Assembly (NCBI GenBank): GCA_963719085.1
Contig: CAVRAL010000001.1
Span: forward strand, 1,216,001 to 1,280,000
From: a candidate division FCPU426 bacterium
GTDB taxonomy: Bacteria; Oederibacteriota; Muellerivitia; Muellerivitales; Muellerivitaceae
DNA length: 64,000 nt
Reading direction: 5' to 3'
Both the position numbers and the translations under genes were made by a program. The notes under the pieces were generated by a model that ran no database searches, had not been told where the DNA came from, and saw nothing but the letters and a program-made list of their open reading frames with translations. This document shows positions 43,207 through 53,537 of this stretch, piece by piece; the stretch's first letter is position 1, and the number at the start of each line of letters is the position of its first letter.

Positions 43207-43749
43207 TTATTTCTTTCCGGCTTCGGCCAAGGCCTTCAACTGCGACAGTCCCCGCTCAAAATCCGGGGCCAACATCTTGTCCGTGTCGCAAACCATATGG
43301 AAGGCTTTCTCCGGTAGGTTCAGGGGCCCGCTCATGGACCAGGTCACTTGGGTTTCCTTGCCTTGTCCCCCGGGAGTGAAGGTAAACTCGGCCAGGTCAT
43401 TTCCCTTCATGGGTTTGAGGAATTCCAGTTGAATGTCGATCAGGCTCGAAGGTATGGACTTGATCAATGTCATCTTGCCTGATCCTACCTTGCCGTTGCC
43501 CGACCAAGCATAAGAAGCCCCCACTCCCGAAACCGGACCGTCATAGGCGGCCTGCATGCCCGGATCCATCTTGGCCCAAGGCGACCAGTCTTCCCAGATA
43601 TGAAAGTCATTCACCAGCTTAAAGCAGGCTTCGGGCTTGGCCTCCACCGTGATGGACCTTGAAAAAATGAATTGAGACGGCTGGAACGAAGCCACCAACA
43701 GGAATATGGCCACCGCGGCCGCCAAACCACCCAAAATCTTCCAAACCAT
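43207..43749 (-). CDS. SRPBCC (polyketide cyclase-like) protein with N-terminal anchor
   Basis: V.DF..W..WSPW...DP, GVGA.Y.W.GN..VG.G.M, DFE.GL..LK. Confidence 0.88.
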   Translation of the reverse strand: MVWKILGGLAAAVAIFLLVASFQPSQFIFSRSITVEAKPEACFKLVNDFHIWEDWSPWAKMDPGMQAAYDGPVSGVGASYAWSGNGKVGSGKMTLIKSIPSSLIDIQLEFLKPMKGNDLAEFTFTPGGQGKETQVTWSMSGPLNLPEKAFHMVCDTDKMLAPDFERGLSQLKALAEAGKK

Positions 43750-43814
43750 GAGAACCCTCCCAAATTGCCACATATTATTCGCGTTTAGGCCCAAATGCAC
43801 CAGCGGCGCTTAGA

Positions 43815-44303
43815 TTACCCGATCTTGGCCAAATACTCCGCCAAATTGTCCAGTGTCATGTTCGTCCCCGGCCCCATTCCTTCCAGCATGGGCTCACAGC
43901 CCGGGTTGGCCTTTAAGACCTTCACACTCAACACCAATCCCGTCTCGGCGCCCCGATCCTCCAGCTCCACGGTCTGCCGAATCAAAAAAAATGGATTTCC
44001 TTTTGGGTCCGTCGCCGAGGCATCCATGACCAACCGGCGCGGCGGATCCACTTCCCGGTAGACGGTCACGCAATGGTGTTCCCACCCTTCCGGCGCGCGA
44101 AAGGTATAGCGCCAAAAACCGCCGGGCCGCAGGTCCACCTCGCAATGGGGCACTGTAAAGGGCTTGGGCGCCCACCAGTGGGCCAAATGTTCCGCCCGGG
44201 TAAAAACCTCGAAGACCAAGGCCCGGGGCGCCCGGACGGTGCGCTTCAACACTAAATCCTTGGAATGTTTCTTTCCCTCAAAATCCCCTATTTCCACCGT
44301 CAT
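43815..44303 (-). CDS. SRPBCC/AHSA1 protein
   Basis: R...APR.LVF..FT..EHL..WW, DLRPGG.WRY. Confidence 0.88.
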   Translation of the reverse strand: MTVEIGDFEGKKHSKDLVLKRTVRAPRALVFEVFTRAEHLAHWWAPKPFTVPHCEVDLRPGGFWRYTFRAPEGWEHHCVTVYREVDPPRRLVMDASATDPKGNPFFLIRQTVELEDRGAETGLVLSVKVLKANPGCEPMLEGMGPGTNMTLDNLAEYLAKIG

Positions 44304-44317
44304 CGAAATCCTCCCGG

Positions 44318-44830
44318 CTATTTTTTTGCCTTCGCGGCTTTTTGGAGACCCGCGATGTCCAACTTGCCCATGCCCATCATGACCGTCATCACTCGTTGGG
44401 CCTTCGCCCGGTCCCTGTCCCCCAGCAGACGGCTTAAGAGCGCCGGTACGATTTGCCACGAGAGACCGTAGCGGTCTTGCAGCCAGCCGCAACGGTCCTT
44501 CCGTCCGCCCTCGGAAAGTTTCTCCCAGAGCCGGTCGACTTCCGTCTGGTTCTTACAGTCGACGAACAAGGAAATGGCCGGGGTGAATTGGAAGTGTGGC
44601 CCGCCGTTGAGCGCCATGAAGTCCTGTCCTTCCAGGCGGAAGGTCACCGACATTACGCTTCCCGAGGGGCCCGGTCCCGCGTCACCATAGCGGGTCAGAC
44701 CCGTCACTTTCGAGTTTTTGAAGAGCGACACGTAAAAACGCGCCGCCTCCTCGGCCTGGGAGTCAAACCACAGAAAGGGCGTGATCTTTCGGCCGGGTCG
44801 GGCCGCTGGATTCTTGGCTTTGACACTCAT
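44318..44830 (-). CDS. VOC/PhnB-like protein
   Basis: KITPFLWFD.QAEEAA.FY, ALNGGP.F.FTPAIS, CGWL.DRYGLSWQIVP. Confidence 0.92.
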   Translation of the reverse strand: MSVKAKNPAARPGRKITPFLWFDSQAEEAARFYVSLFKNSKVTGLTRYGDAGPGPSGSVMSVTFRLEGQDFMALNGGPHFQFTPAISLFVDCKNQTEVDRLWEKLSEGGRKDRCGWLQDRYGLSWQIVPALLSRLLGDRDRAKAQRVMTVMMGMGKLDIAGLQKAAKAKK

Positions 44831-45789
44831 GACTTTGCCCCCAAGTAATCTTCCAACGCATCAAAGGAACCGGTCCAACCGCCGGTCATGCCCGCGCGGG
44901 CCTTGACGAAGGTCTCGATCTCCACCGAGCTTGGGTTATCCGTCGGTTCCCAAGTCAGCGTCACCCGGCTCTGGTTTGGCCCCTCGGCGGTAAAAACCAC
45001 GGTCGTCAACAGGGTCTGGGGCCAAGTCGCCGACATGGGATGGCGGGAAACTTTGCCCTCGGCGTCGCAAAATTGCTGGGTATAGACCAGGCGGCTGGGC
45101 CTTTGGATCTCCAGATATTTTGTTTTCCCGTACATCGCCGGGCCGCCGGTCTCGGCGGACATGGAATAAAAGCCCTCGCCTCCCGGCCGCAGGTCCACCC
45201 GGATGAATTTCATGGTGAACCCCTTGGGCGCCATCCAAAGGGCCACCTGGTCCGGCTGGGTCCAGGCGTCGAAGAGTGTCTCCAGGGGGACCTGGAAGGA
45301 GCGATTGATGAAAAAGACTTCCTTTTTTGAGGAGTCTTTTTCCAAGTATTCGGCCAAGCGATCCCAGGTGGAATTGCCGTTGGCTTTTTTGATGATTTGG
45401 CGGGTCTGTTCAGCCGCCTCAGGAGTGGGAAGGGCCATGGTCATGTCCATGTGGGTCTTGCCGCCGATTTCCTTGAAAAGGACCGTGACCCGAAAGAGGG
45501 GCTTTTGCTCGTCATTGCCGCCGTGGTCATAGACCATCTTGGCGTAATTCTCGACTTCCAAATATCGGGTTTTGTTGACGTAGTCCACGCCATCGGGGCC
45601 GTGCATGGTGTAATGCCAATGGCCGCCGGCGCGGATGTCCTTGCTGTGGCTGGTAATGGTGAAGCCTCGGGGCCCCCACCATTGGGCGACTTGGTCAGGC
45701 TCGATCCAGGCGTCCCAAACCATCTTGACGGGCGCGTCATAAACCCGGATCAGTTTTATCTCATTGGACTTATTTTTTGTGGCGGACAT
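44827..45789 (-). CDS. Tandem SRPBCC/AHSA1 protein
   Basis: Two AHSA1 repeats (WWGPRGF and WMAPKGF). Confidence 0.9.
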   Translation of the reverse strand: MSATKNKSNEIKLIRVYDAPVKMVWDAWIEPDQVAQWWGPRGFTITSHSKDIRAGGHWHYTMHGPDGVDYVNKTRYLEVENYAKMVYDHGGNDEQKPLFRVTVLFKEIGGKTHMDMTMALPTPEAAEQTRQIIKKANGNSTWDRLAEYLEKDSSKKEVFFINRSFQVPLETLFDAWTQPDQVALWMAPKGFTMKFIRVDLRPGGEGFYSMSAETGGPAMYGKTKYLEIQRPSRLVYTQQFCDAEGKVSRHPMSATWPQTLLTTVVFTAEGPNQSRVTLTWEPTDNPSSVEIETFVKARAGMTGGWTGSFDALEDYLGAKS

Positions 45790-46132
45790 TTTCCTTCTCC
45801 TTTTGCTTTAATTCCTTCAGGTAGGCGTCCAAGCGGTCCAACCGGTCTTCCCAAAGTTGTCGGTGGTGTTCCAACCATTCGGCCGCGTCCTTGATGGGTT
45901 GGGTCTTCAGCCGGCAAGGCCGGCTTTGGGCCACCCGGCCCCGCTCAATCAACCCGCTTCGCTCCAATACTTTTAGATGCTTGGAAATGGCGGGCAGGCT
46001 CATCTTGAAGGGCTTGGCTAATTCCTGGACCGAGGCTTCCCCCTTGGTCAGGCGGGCCACCATGGCCCGGCGGGTGGGGTCGGCCAGGGCCGAAAAGGTC
46101 TCGCTGAGTTGATCGGGTGTGGCGACGGACAT
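45770..46132 (-). CDS. ArsR/SmtB-family repressor
   Basis: FSALADPTRR, MSLPAISKHLKVLE.SGLI, WE.RLDRL..YL. Confidence 0.95.
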   Translation of the reverse strand: MSVATPDQLSETFSALADPTRRAMVARLTKGEASVQELAKPFKMSLPAISKHLKVLERSGLIERGRVAQSRPCRLKTQPIKDAAEWLEHHRQLWEDRLDRLDAYLKELKQKEKENVRHKK

Positions 46133-46136
46133 ATAG

Positions 46137-46195
46137 TTAACCTTTCAGTTACTTAACCTATTGGTTATATACAATCCCGCGCCCCATTTTGTCAA
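46137..46195 (-). promoter_or_regulatory. Promoter and tandem ArsR operators
   Basis: TTGACA (46195-46190); tandem palindromes TTAACCTTTCAGTTA (46137-46151) and TTAACCTATTGGTTA (46153-46167). Confidence 0.7.
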
Positions 46196-46218
46196 CCCTG
46201 AATTTCAGGAAAGAAAAT

Positions 46219-46254
46219 AAAAAAAGCCTTGGAACCAATGGGTCTCCAAGGCTT
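46219..46254 (-). terminator. Intrinsic terminator after the S8 protease gene
   Basis: AAGCCTTGGA...TCCAAGGCTT stem with T tract on the minus strand. Confidence 0.7.
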
Positions 46255-46275
46255 CCGTCATCTCTCATCCCGGCT

Positions 46276-49164
46276 TCAACGCAGGACTAAGACCTTGAGA
46301 ATTTGACTGAAGGACTGGCTCCCTTTCACGCGGACCCTCAGGTAATAAAGTCCGTTAGCCACCGGCAGGTCCTCGTGATCCCGCAGGTTCCAACTCAGAG
46401 TGGTCTTTCCGGAAATTGGGAAGCTTGCGCAGCCGATCTTCCGGAAAGCGGTGGTGAAAACGTCAAAAGACAAAACCGCGTTTCCCGGCGCCTGAACGTC
46501 AAAATAAACATTCCCTCCCGTCGAAACCGGGTTGGGATAAGGGGGTCCCAGGGTGACTTCGACAGGCCCCAGGGTGGGACTGGGTGTGGGGCTCATGGTA
46601 ATGGTGGGGGTTGGGCTGACGGTCGGCGACGAAGTCATAGTGGGTGAAAACGTTAGGGTCGGCGTCAAGCTGGGGGTCGGGGTCCACGTGGCCGTAGGGC
46701 TTAAGGTAATCGTGGGGGTCGCCGTCGGGGTAAAGGTCGGGGTCCCTGTCGGCGTCAAGGTGGACAAGGCGCAGCAATTCGAGGTATAGGAGCCGGAAGC
46801 GCCCACGGACCAAACCTGTCCCTCATAGGAAAGGCTCACTTGCGCGAATTGGGAAACCGGACCAAAGGGCGTTTGCGCCAGGGTTTGGGTCCAATTGGCC
46901 CCGTCCTGGGAAACCCAAACATCCGAGACCGGCCCCGAAGCCGTTTGGCCCCCCATCACCCAAATGGAGTTCGCGCAAACCACCGCCAGGTGATAGGCCC
47001 GGGGGGAAAAAATCGCTCCCGGAGTCGTGGGATTGGATTGGGTCCAATTGATTCCATCTCCCGTCGACCATACGTCATTGGTCACTCCCCCGGCGGTTTG
47101 GCCTCCCAAAACCCATAACCGGTTGTTGAAGGCCACCACCGCCAATCCTTTGCGGGCTGAAAAAGGCGGCGTAGCCGCGGCGCTCCAAGAGGAACCGTCC
47201 GAAGAACTCCAAGCGTCATTGGTCAAGCCCGAGGCGGTTTGTCCGCACAACACCCATAAATTATTTTGGAAAACCGCCGATCCGAAATCCAACCGGCCGG
47301 CGAATCCCGCGTTGGAAGTTCCCAAGTTGTAGTGGAAGCCGTCGAATGAAAACCAAGTATCGTTTTGGTAAGTCGCGCCGTTCAAAAGCCCGCCCAACAC
47401 CCAAATGTAATTTTTAAAAGCCGCCACGTTATAGTGGATTCGGTTCAACAAAGGCGCTTGCGAGGTGCCGAACAGGCTCCAACCCATCGCGGGAATCCAA
47501 TGGGCGATCGTGATGGGATTGCTTAGGGCTCCTCCGCCTAACTCAAAAGGCCGGGGACCATTGCCGTCCCCCACGTCAAAAACCGCTCCGCCCACCGATT
47601 GCAGGTCGTAAGTGGTTTGAGGCGACCAAAAAGCCCCCGGTTGGGACAGGCAGGCCGCCGGGGTGGGCGTGGCGGTCGCCGGAAAAGGCGTGGGCGTGAT
47701 CGTTAAGGCGGGCTGGGCGCCCAAGGCCAAAGCGGATAAAACCGCCGCGTTCAAATCGAGCCGACCCCAACCACTGGTCTGGTTGTAGGTCCCCGGGGCG
47801 CCGATAATTTGGTGGGCCGTATTTTCCAGTATCTGAACCACCTGGGTGTTGGCCAAAGTCGGATTCAGGGCGAAAAGCAGGGCCGCCGCGCCCGCCACCA
47901 TGGGCGCGGCCAGCGAAGTCCCCGAAGCCACGGCGTAATTGTTGTCGCAGGGATCAACTTGAAAGGCCGTATCCACCGTCGGCGAGGGGCAATTGAGGAT
48001 GCAGCCAAAAAAATTATCAGCGGTATCAAAAGTATTGAAGAGGCTGACCAGCGCTCCGCCGGGCGCCACCATTCCCATGCCGGCTCCCGTTTGGGTGTAA
48101 GAAGTCACCGTATCGGCGGGTCCCACCGCGCCGACGCCAATCACGCCGGGAAAGGCCGCCGGATAACTTAAAGGCACCCCGTTGCCGGCGTTTCCAACCG
48201 CCGCCACCACCACGCAGCCCTGATTCAGCGCGAAGGTGACCGCTTGTCCTTCCAAGGGATCATTGGCGGTAGTCCCCAAAGACATATTGATGACCTTGGC
48301 TCCATGGAGCACGGCGTAATAAATCCCCTCGACCACCGTACCCGTGGTGAGCGAGCCCGTGGAATCGGCCCCCTTCACCGGCATGATCTTCACCAATCCC
48401 GGATAGCCGGCCACCCCCACCGTGCCGCCATTGAAACTACCGGCGGGAACCGTCCCCGCGGTACAAGCGTTTGTTCCGCCCGCGTTGTTCCACTGGGCCG
48501 CTAAAATGCCGGCCACCATGGTTCCATGGCCGTGATTGTCCACCGTATCGGTGGTATCCCCGCCCCAATCGCCGGAAGAGTTATAACCGGGGATAAAAAG
48601 CGAGGACGGAAGATCCGGATGCCGGGTTTGGGAATAGTCCGAGGCCACTCCCGAATCCAAAACCGCCACCGTCACCGGGTTGGCCGACGGACAAGCCAAA
48701 TTAGCCCCCAGTTGAGCCCAAGCCGACGGCGCGTTCACGAGAAGATAGGGCCAATTGACATTTCCGTTGCCGGTGACCACGCCGCAAGCCGGGCTGGGAA
48801 TAACGCCGGAGGTAAAGTAGGCGTCGGAGGCGGCGGCCGGAGGCGCGCAGCTTTGAAACAATTGATAGCGATAATCAGGCTGGGCCAGCGCCACGTCCCC
48901 GAGTGCCTTGACCAGTGCCAAGGCCCTTGGCACTGTCATCCCGCTCTTAAGATAGACTTGAAGAACGTCGGAGCGAAACGCGAGCGGCTGGTAAGTTCCC
49001 AAAAGGGACTGAACGCGGCCTAGGTCCAATGAGGAACCGTTCGGCTTGAATTGAACCAGGATTTCATCGGGCAAATAGGCGTCGGAAGTTGAAACCGCCG
49101 CGGCCGACGGCCAAGCCAGTGACAAGGTCAGCAGGATCAAAGCGAACCGGAGGATGAATACCAT
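46276..49164 (-). CDS. Secreted S8 subtilase with Kelch-like repeats, T/P linker and C-terminal sorting-like domain
   Basis: [24 protein letters not shown] triad; repeats F.N.LWVLGG...NDVW.S.DG..W; tail YPNP...ANGLYY...KVLVLR. Confidence 0.9.
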   Translation of the reverse strand: MVFILRFALILLTLSLAWPSAAAVSTSDAYLPDEILVQFKPNGSSLDLGRVQSLLGTYQPLAFRSDVLQVYLKSGMTVPRALALVKALGDVALAQPDYRYQLFQSCAPPAAASDAYFTSGVIPSPACGVVTGNGNVNWPYLLVNAPSAWAQLGANLACPSANPVTVAVLDSGVASDYSQTRHPDLPSSLFIPGYNSSGDWGGDTTDTVDNHGHGTMVAGILAAQWNNAGGTNACTAGTVPAGSFNGGTVGVAGYPGLVKIMPVKGADSTGSLTTGTVVEGIYYAVLHGAKVINMSLGTTANDPLEGQAVTFALNQGCVVVAAVGNAGNGVPLSYPAAFPGVIGVGAVGPADTVTSYTQTGAGMGMVAPGGALVSLFNTFDTADNFFGCILNCPSPTVDTAFQVDPCDNNYAVASGTSLAAPMVAGAAALLFALNPTLANTQVVQILENTAHQIIGAPGTYNQTSGWGRLDLNAAVLSALALGAQPALTITPTPFPATATPTPAACLSQPGAFWSPQTTYDLQSVGGAVFDVGDGNGPRPFELGGGALSNPITIAHWIPAMGWSLFGTSQAPLLNRIHYNVAAFKNYIWVLGGLLNGATYQNDTWFSFDGFHYNLGTSNAGFAGRLDFGSAVFQNNLWVLCGQTASGLTNDAWSSSDGSSWSAAATPPFSARKGLAVVAFNNRLWVLGGQTAGGVTNDVWSTGDGINWTQSNPTTPGAIFSPRAYHLAVVCANSIWVMGGQTASGPVSDVWVSQDGANWTQTLAQTPFGPVSQFAQVSLSYEGQVWSVGASGSYTSNCCALSTLTPTGTPTFTPTATPTITLSPTATWTPTPSLTPTLTFSPTMTSSPTVSPTPTITMSPTPSPTLGPVEVTLGPPYPNPVSTGGNVYFDVQAPGNAVLSFDVFTTAFRKIGCASFPISGKTTLSWNLRDHEDLPVANGLYYLRVRVKGSQSFSQILKVLVLR

Positions 49165-49628
49165 AGGTGGCCAAATACCTTATTTGAAATAGGGAACCCT
49201 TTTAGGACCCGGCGATCAATATAAGGTCAATAATACCACTTTATCGCGGCCACACCCGCGGCAGATCCCGATCATTTGAAAATTAAACCCAAGGTTTGAA
49301 TTGGGCTGACTCCGTGAAAACAGGCCCCAGGCCATCTCAAAATAGGGCGATCGATATCTTAATCTTACGAAAAAAATCTTCCATCGCTTTTCCCCAAAAG
49401 TAAGTCGGGATCAAAAGCAATGTCAGGATTCCCTCCGAGCTCCACTTGGAAAACCGGGCGGCCTCCGAAAAGCCAATGCTTCCTATCCCAAAACACCAAA
49501 CAGCGGAAAACAATGAAAAACATCGCGGACCCACAATCCGGTATTTTTTTCCCCGCATTCCCGACAATCGATAAACGCCATCCATCGTCCCCAAGAACGC
49601 GGTTGAGTAAAAACCGCGAGGCTTTATT

Positions 49629-50147
49629 TTATTGATTTTTAACCGGGTTGAAAAGCAGCTGGCCGTAAGTGCCGTTTTTCGAGACGTCTTCGGAAGGCGC
49701 GGAATAGGCGCTCAGGAGAATCTGCCCCGCCCGATTCACTTGAAGGCTCTCCAAGAGGCGGTCGTAATCCGAATAGTGAAAAAACAGGCAGATCATCTTG
49801 CCCACGAGCTCATCCGCTTCCAGGCCGGCCTTAGCCAAGTCGCCCACCTTATCGTCGAAAAAAATCAAAAGCCCCACCGGCTGGTATTTTCCGTCCTGGT
49901 AGTTTAAAAGCGTGATCGAAGCCTTCACCTGATCAAACGAATGGTCGGGCGAAACGACGTAACGATAATCCGTGAGGGCGCTTCCCATTTTTACCTGCCA
50001 GGCGTTGAAGGCGCTCTGGGCCAGCACCGAAACCGATCGGGCGCCATTGCCTTCCAGCGGCGCGGAACCGGTCGCGAGCGGGGCCGCCTGAACTTTACCA
50101 GCCAAAAGCAGGAAAAAAATCGAGAAAATCAAAAGAATGTGTTTCAT
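49629..50147 (-). CDS. Exported hypothetical protein
   Basis: Signal peptide ending VQA; GAAGG RBS. Confidence 0.65.
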   Translation of the reverse strand: MKHILLIFSIFFLLLAGKVQAAPLATGSAPLEGNGARSVSVLAQSAFNAWQVKMGSALTDYRYVVSPDHSFDQVKASITLLNYQDGKYQPVGLLIFFDDKVGDLAKAGLEADELVGKMICLFFHYSDYDRLLESLQVNRAGQILLSAYSAPSEDVSKNGTYGQLLFNPVKNQ

Positions 50148-50296
50148 GATTACCTTCTTTTAGTTTGATGAATCCTTGCCTATGGTACCCTCCCCGATAA
50201 TTTTCCCCCACATCGATCTTCGCGTCTTTTTGATCGGTTTTTATCCCAAACACCTGAAAAACCAGGGATTGAGCATGGGGAAATAACGCCTAAAAC

Positions 50297-50332
50297 AAAA
50301 AAGCCCTTAAACATTTCTGTTTAAGGGCTTTT
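50297..50332. terminator. Intrinsic terminator after the GH30 gene
   Basis: AAAAGCCCTTAAACA-TTTC-TGTTTAAGGGCTTTT perfect stem. Confidence 0.8.
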
Positions 50333-50369
50333 AACTATTGGGCGGAGTTTTAAATCCGCCCGCTTCTTT

Positions 50370-53300
50370 TTATTTTACGATCGCGACTTTCACGGTCGAG
50401 GTGCTGGACTGAACCCCGGACTTCACCGTCACCGTCACGATATACAGCCCGCTGGACAAGGACTGGTTTTCCAAGTTCCGCTCGTTCCAGTAGAGGCTGT
50501 GGCCCGAGGACTCGAAACTGGTCTCCTCCACGGTCTTCACCCAGACCAATTGTCCGTCCAAGCTGTAAGCCCGGAAGGTCAGGACCCCGCTCGGATCAAT
50601 TCCCGGCGATGTGCTGACGGCTTTCGCCCCGATCGAGGAGGCGCTTCCGGTCACATTCACCGACAGGTTCACTCCGTTCCCCGTGGAAGGGTTCGGGAAT
50701 GCCACCACATTGGCCGTCTGCGCGGCCGGAGCCGTCACAACCGGTTCCTGTCCCCAAATCAGCGATCCGTTCAGATATCCGGTGATTTTGGTCGACAAGG
50801 TGAAGCTGGTCGAAGCCGTGTAGCTCCAGTCGTTATTCTGAAGCATGTTGCTCCAATCGCTCTTGTTGAAACGGCTTTGGATTTGCACGCTCTGGCCCGG
50901 CTGCAGCGTCAGGTTCCCCGCGAACTTATAGCTCACGTAATCGGTCTGGCCACCCAAAGTCGTGGCCACCACCGAGGTCAGCACATCCGCCGTGACCGTG
51001 CTTCCCGCGGGCATCCATCCCGCCCAGTCCACCCAGGTTTGGATCGATTGGCCCGTGCAGTCGCAGTTGAACCAGTAGCGCACTTCCACATTATTCAGGT
51101 TCAAAGGCGCCGTCCCCGTGTTCTTCACCTCAATCTGGGGATGGGGGCTGTTGGTGGTATTCGCCGTGACTCCCGACAACAAATACACCGTCAAGGATCC
51201 CGTGCCCGTAGGCGTATTCGTCGGAACCAAGGTGGGCGTCGAAGTCGGCGGCAAAGTCGCCGTCGAAGTCGGGGGCACCGGCGTATTCGTCTTAGTCGGA
51301 GTCGCCGTCGCGGTCGGAGGAACCGCGGTGGCTGTCCAAGTCTTCGTCGCTGAGGCGGTCGACGTGACCGTTAAAGTCGCGGTCGGAGGCACCGGCGTCG
51401 AAGTAAAGGTCGGCGGAACCGGGGTGTTCGTCGCCGTTGCCGGAACCATTGTCAGCGTCCCAATCGGCGTATCCGTCGTCGTGGGCGGCACGCTCGTGTC
51501 CGTCGGACTAGCGGTCGGCGTCAAAGTCGCCGTCAGAGTCGGCGGCACCGGCGTATTTGTCTTAGTCGCGGTTGCCGTCGACGTCAAAGTTGGAGGCACT
51601 GGCGTGGCTGTCGCTGAGGCGGTCGCGGTGGCCGTCGGGCTGGCAGTCGATGTACGGGTCGGTGTGGCGAGTGCCGGCTGCGGAATCAACTGCAAGGCCT
51701 CCACCATCGCGCTCGTGTCCGTACTGCTGGTCCCCAAGAACTGAATGGTGACCGCTCCCGCGCTGGGGGAGATATTGTTGATCACCTCGTTCAAGGCCTT
51801 ATTCGCGCCCACTTGGGCGAAAACATCCAGGTTCGTTAAAACCGTGACCCCGTTTACGGCAACATCGAACACCCGGTCGCCGACCGCCTCATCGCCCGAA
51901 TAGGTCTCGGCGAAAAGCAGGGTGGCTTGATAGCTCCCGGTCGGAACATGAAACACGTAGCTGAAATTGGAGCCGTAACGCTGGGTGTCATAAAGCGTCG
52001 AATCGTTGGTTCCCGCGATCGTCCCGCCTTCAGCGATGGTGCTGCCCGCCGTAAATTGGGTATCGGCCGACCAAGCGTTCCCGAGCGAATCGGTATAAGC
52101 CGGGCCGCCCGCGTTCACGCGCCAGGTGGAGGCGATAATCGGGGCCGGCGTGTTGGTAAAAGTCGCGGTTGGGGTTGGAGGAACCGCCGTAGCCGTCCTC
52201 GTTGGCGTGGCCGGCAAGGGTGTGGACGTCGAGGTGGCAACCGAGCCACCGTTGTTGACGGCCACAAAACTCGTCACACTGGAACCGGTCAAGCTATAGG
52301 TGAAGGAATTTCCCGACACCGGCACAGCCGACTTCTGGACTAGGTTGTTGCTGCCGTCGGTCACCCAGGGGATGACGGACGTGACATTGACCCCGTTCAG
52401 GCTGAAGGTCTGGCTGGTGGTCGAGCTGTTGTTGTTGATGGCCACGAAAACGATGGTCTGCGGTGAAGACGTATTGGTGTTCTTGAAGGCGCTGACCAAG
52501 ACGCCGGAAGTCGGGCTCGCGGTCGCCCCCATGCGGTAGTATCCGGGACGGATGAACTTGCTGTAATTACCAAGAACATAGGCCTTGATGGTCAGGGTGT
52601 TGTTGCTGATCAGGTCGGTAAGCCACCAATAGTGAAAAGCGTTCATGCCGGAATTGACCAGAGAGCTTTGGATCCAACCCGCCTCCTGCAGGGCTCCCGG
52701 AATATCGGTGGTATTCCCCGACATCTCGGTTTCCCACCATTCCTGGTTCGTCACATGGGTGAAGCCAAAGGAAGCCAGGGGCGCCGGATTCGGGGTGCCA
52801 TAAAGATGGGTTCCGATAATGCCGATCATGGGGGCCACGGTCGCATCGTCCATGGCGGTCGCGGCCAGGTTCATGCCGTCGGTATTGTCGGGCTCAGGAA
52901 GCATGATTTTGGTCGAAAGACCCGCGTTTTGGATGGCGTTATGGAAAGCCTGCGCGTAAACATCAAACTGGCCGGCCGTCCAAAGACAGGCTTCGTAAGT
53001 CGGGTTAAAGTTCGGCTCATTCTGGATGGAAAGGGCGTAAAGGTTGATCCCGTGGCTTTGGCAATACTGGATGAACGAGACTTGGTAAGAGGCCAATCCC
53101 GTGTCGGCGCTGTTGGGGGATCCGGAGCTGGCGCCCAGGAAAGTATCGTTGCTGGCGCCGCCATCGACGTTGTCATTGGCCTTGTATTGGGCCGGGGGGG
53201 ACCACTCGGTAGCCCATAAAAGCACGTTGGGATTGACCGAATGGGCCGTCACGAGACTATTCACTTCCGACGAGAAGTTATTGGTGGGATCGATCCGGGC

Positions 53301-53537
53301 CCGCAGGGAGCTAAGCCCGATATGCCCGTTCACGTTGTCGTCGGCGAACAGGGCTTGGCCCTGGCTTCCGATGGCGCTCCAGGCGCTGGAGGCCCCGATG
53401 CAATGGATGAATTGGTTGGTTTGGGTGGCGTCCACCGTACAGGTGCCCGCCCACGCTTTCGAAAAACTCGCTAAAACCAGAAGTAAAAAAGACGCGGTAA
53501 AAATTTTTTTTATTTTCAAAACAGACCTCCATCTCAA
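50370..53537 (-). CDS. GH30 xylanase-like enzyme + malectin + T/P linker + CBM3 + C-terminal sorting-like domain
   Basis: WSPPA..K.N, ALSIQNEP (acid/base), W.TE (nucleophile), SKFIRPGY.R; RVNAGG...FAE.Y...R.FDV; VRYWF...K.DWSN..Q.NDWSY; FPNP...GLY...KVAIVK. Confidence 0.9.
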   Translation of the reverse strand: MRWRSVLKIKKIFTASFLLLVLASFSKAWAGTCTVDATQTNQFIHCIGASSAWSAIGSQGQALFADDNVNGHIGLSSLRARIDPTNNFSSEVNSLVTAHSVNPNVLLWATEWSPPAQYKANDNVDGGASNDTFLGASSGSPNSADTGLASYQVSFIQYCQSHGINLYALSIQNEPNFNPTYEACLWTAGQFDVYAQAFHNAIQNAGLSTKIMLPEPDNTDGMNLAATAMDDATVAPMIGIIGTHLYGTPNPAPLASFGFTHVTNQEWWETEMSGNTTDIPGALQEAGWIQSSLVNSGMNAFHYWWLTDLISNNTLTIKAYVLGNYSKFIRPGYYRMGATASPTSGVLVSAFKNTNTSSPQTIVFVAINNNSSTTSQTFSLNGVNVTSVIPWVTDGSNNLVQKSAVPVSGNSFTYSLTGSSVTSFVAVNNGGSVATSTSTPLPATPTRTATAVPPTPTATFTNTPAPIIASTWRVNAGGPAYTDSLGNAWSADTQFTAGSTIAEGGTIAGTNDSTLYDTQRYGSNFSYVFHVPTGSYQATLLFAETYSGDEAVGDRVFDVAVNGVTVLTNLDVFAQVGANKALNEVINNISPSAGAVTIQFLGTSSTDTSAMVEALQLIPQPALATPTRTSTASPTATATASATATPVPPTLTSTATATKTNTPVPPTLTATLTPTASPTDTSVPPTTTDTPIGTLTMVPATATNTPVPPTFTSTPVPPTATLTVTSTASATKTWTATAVPPTATATPTKTNTPVPPTSTATLPPTSTPTLVPTNTPTGTGSLTVYLLSGVTANTTNSPHPQIEVKNTGTAPLNLNNVEVRYWFNCDCTGQSIQTWVDWAGWMPAGSTVTADVLTSVVATTLGGQTDYVSYKFAGNLTLQPGQSVQIQSRFNKSDWSNMLQNNDWSYTASTSFTLSTKITGYLNGSLIWGQEPVVTAPAAQTANVVAFPNPSTGNGVNLSVNVTGSASSIGAKAVSTSPGIDPSGVLTFRAYSLDGQLVWVKTVEETSFESSGHSLYWNERNLENQSLSSGLYIVTVTVKSGVQSSTSTVKVAIVK

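Noticed and set aside
49337..49594. 85-aa minus-strand ORF
   Set aside because: No clear RBS or motif; cannot be supported as a gene
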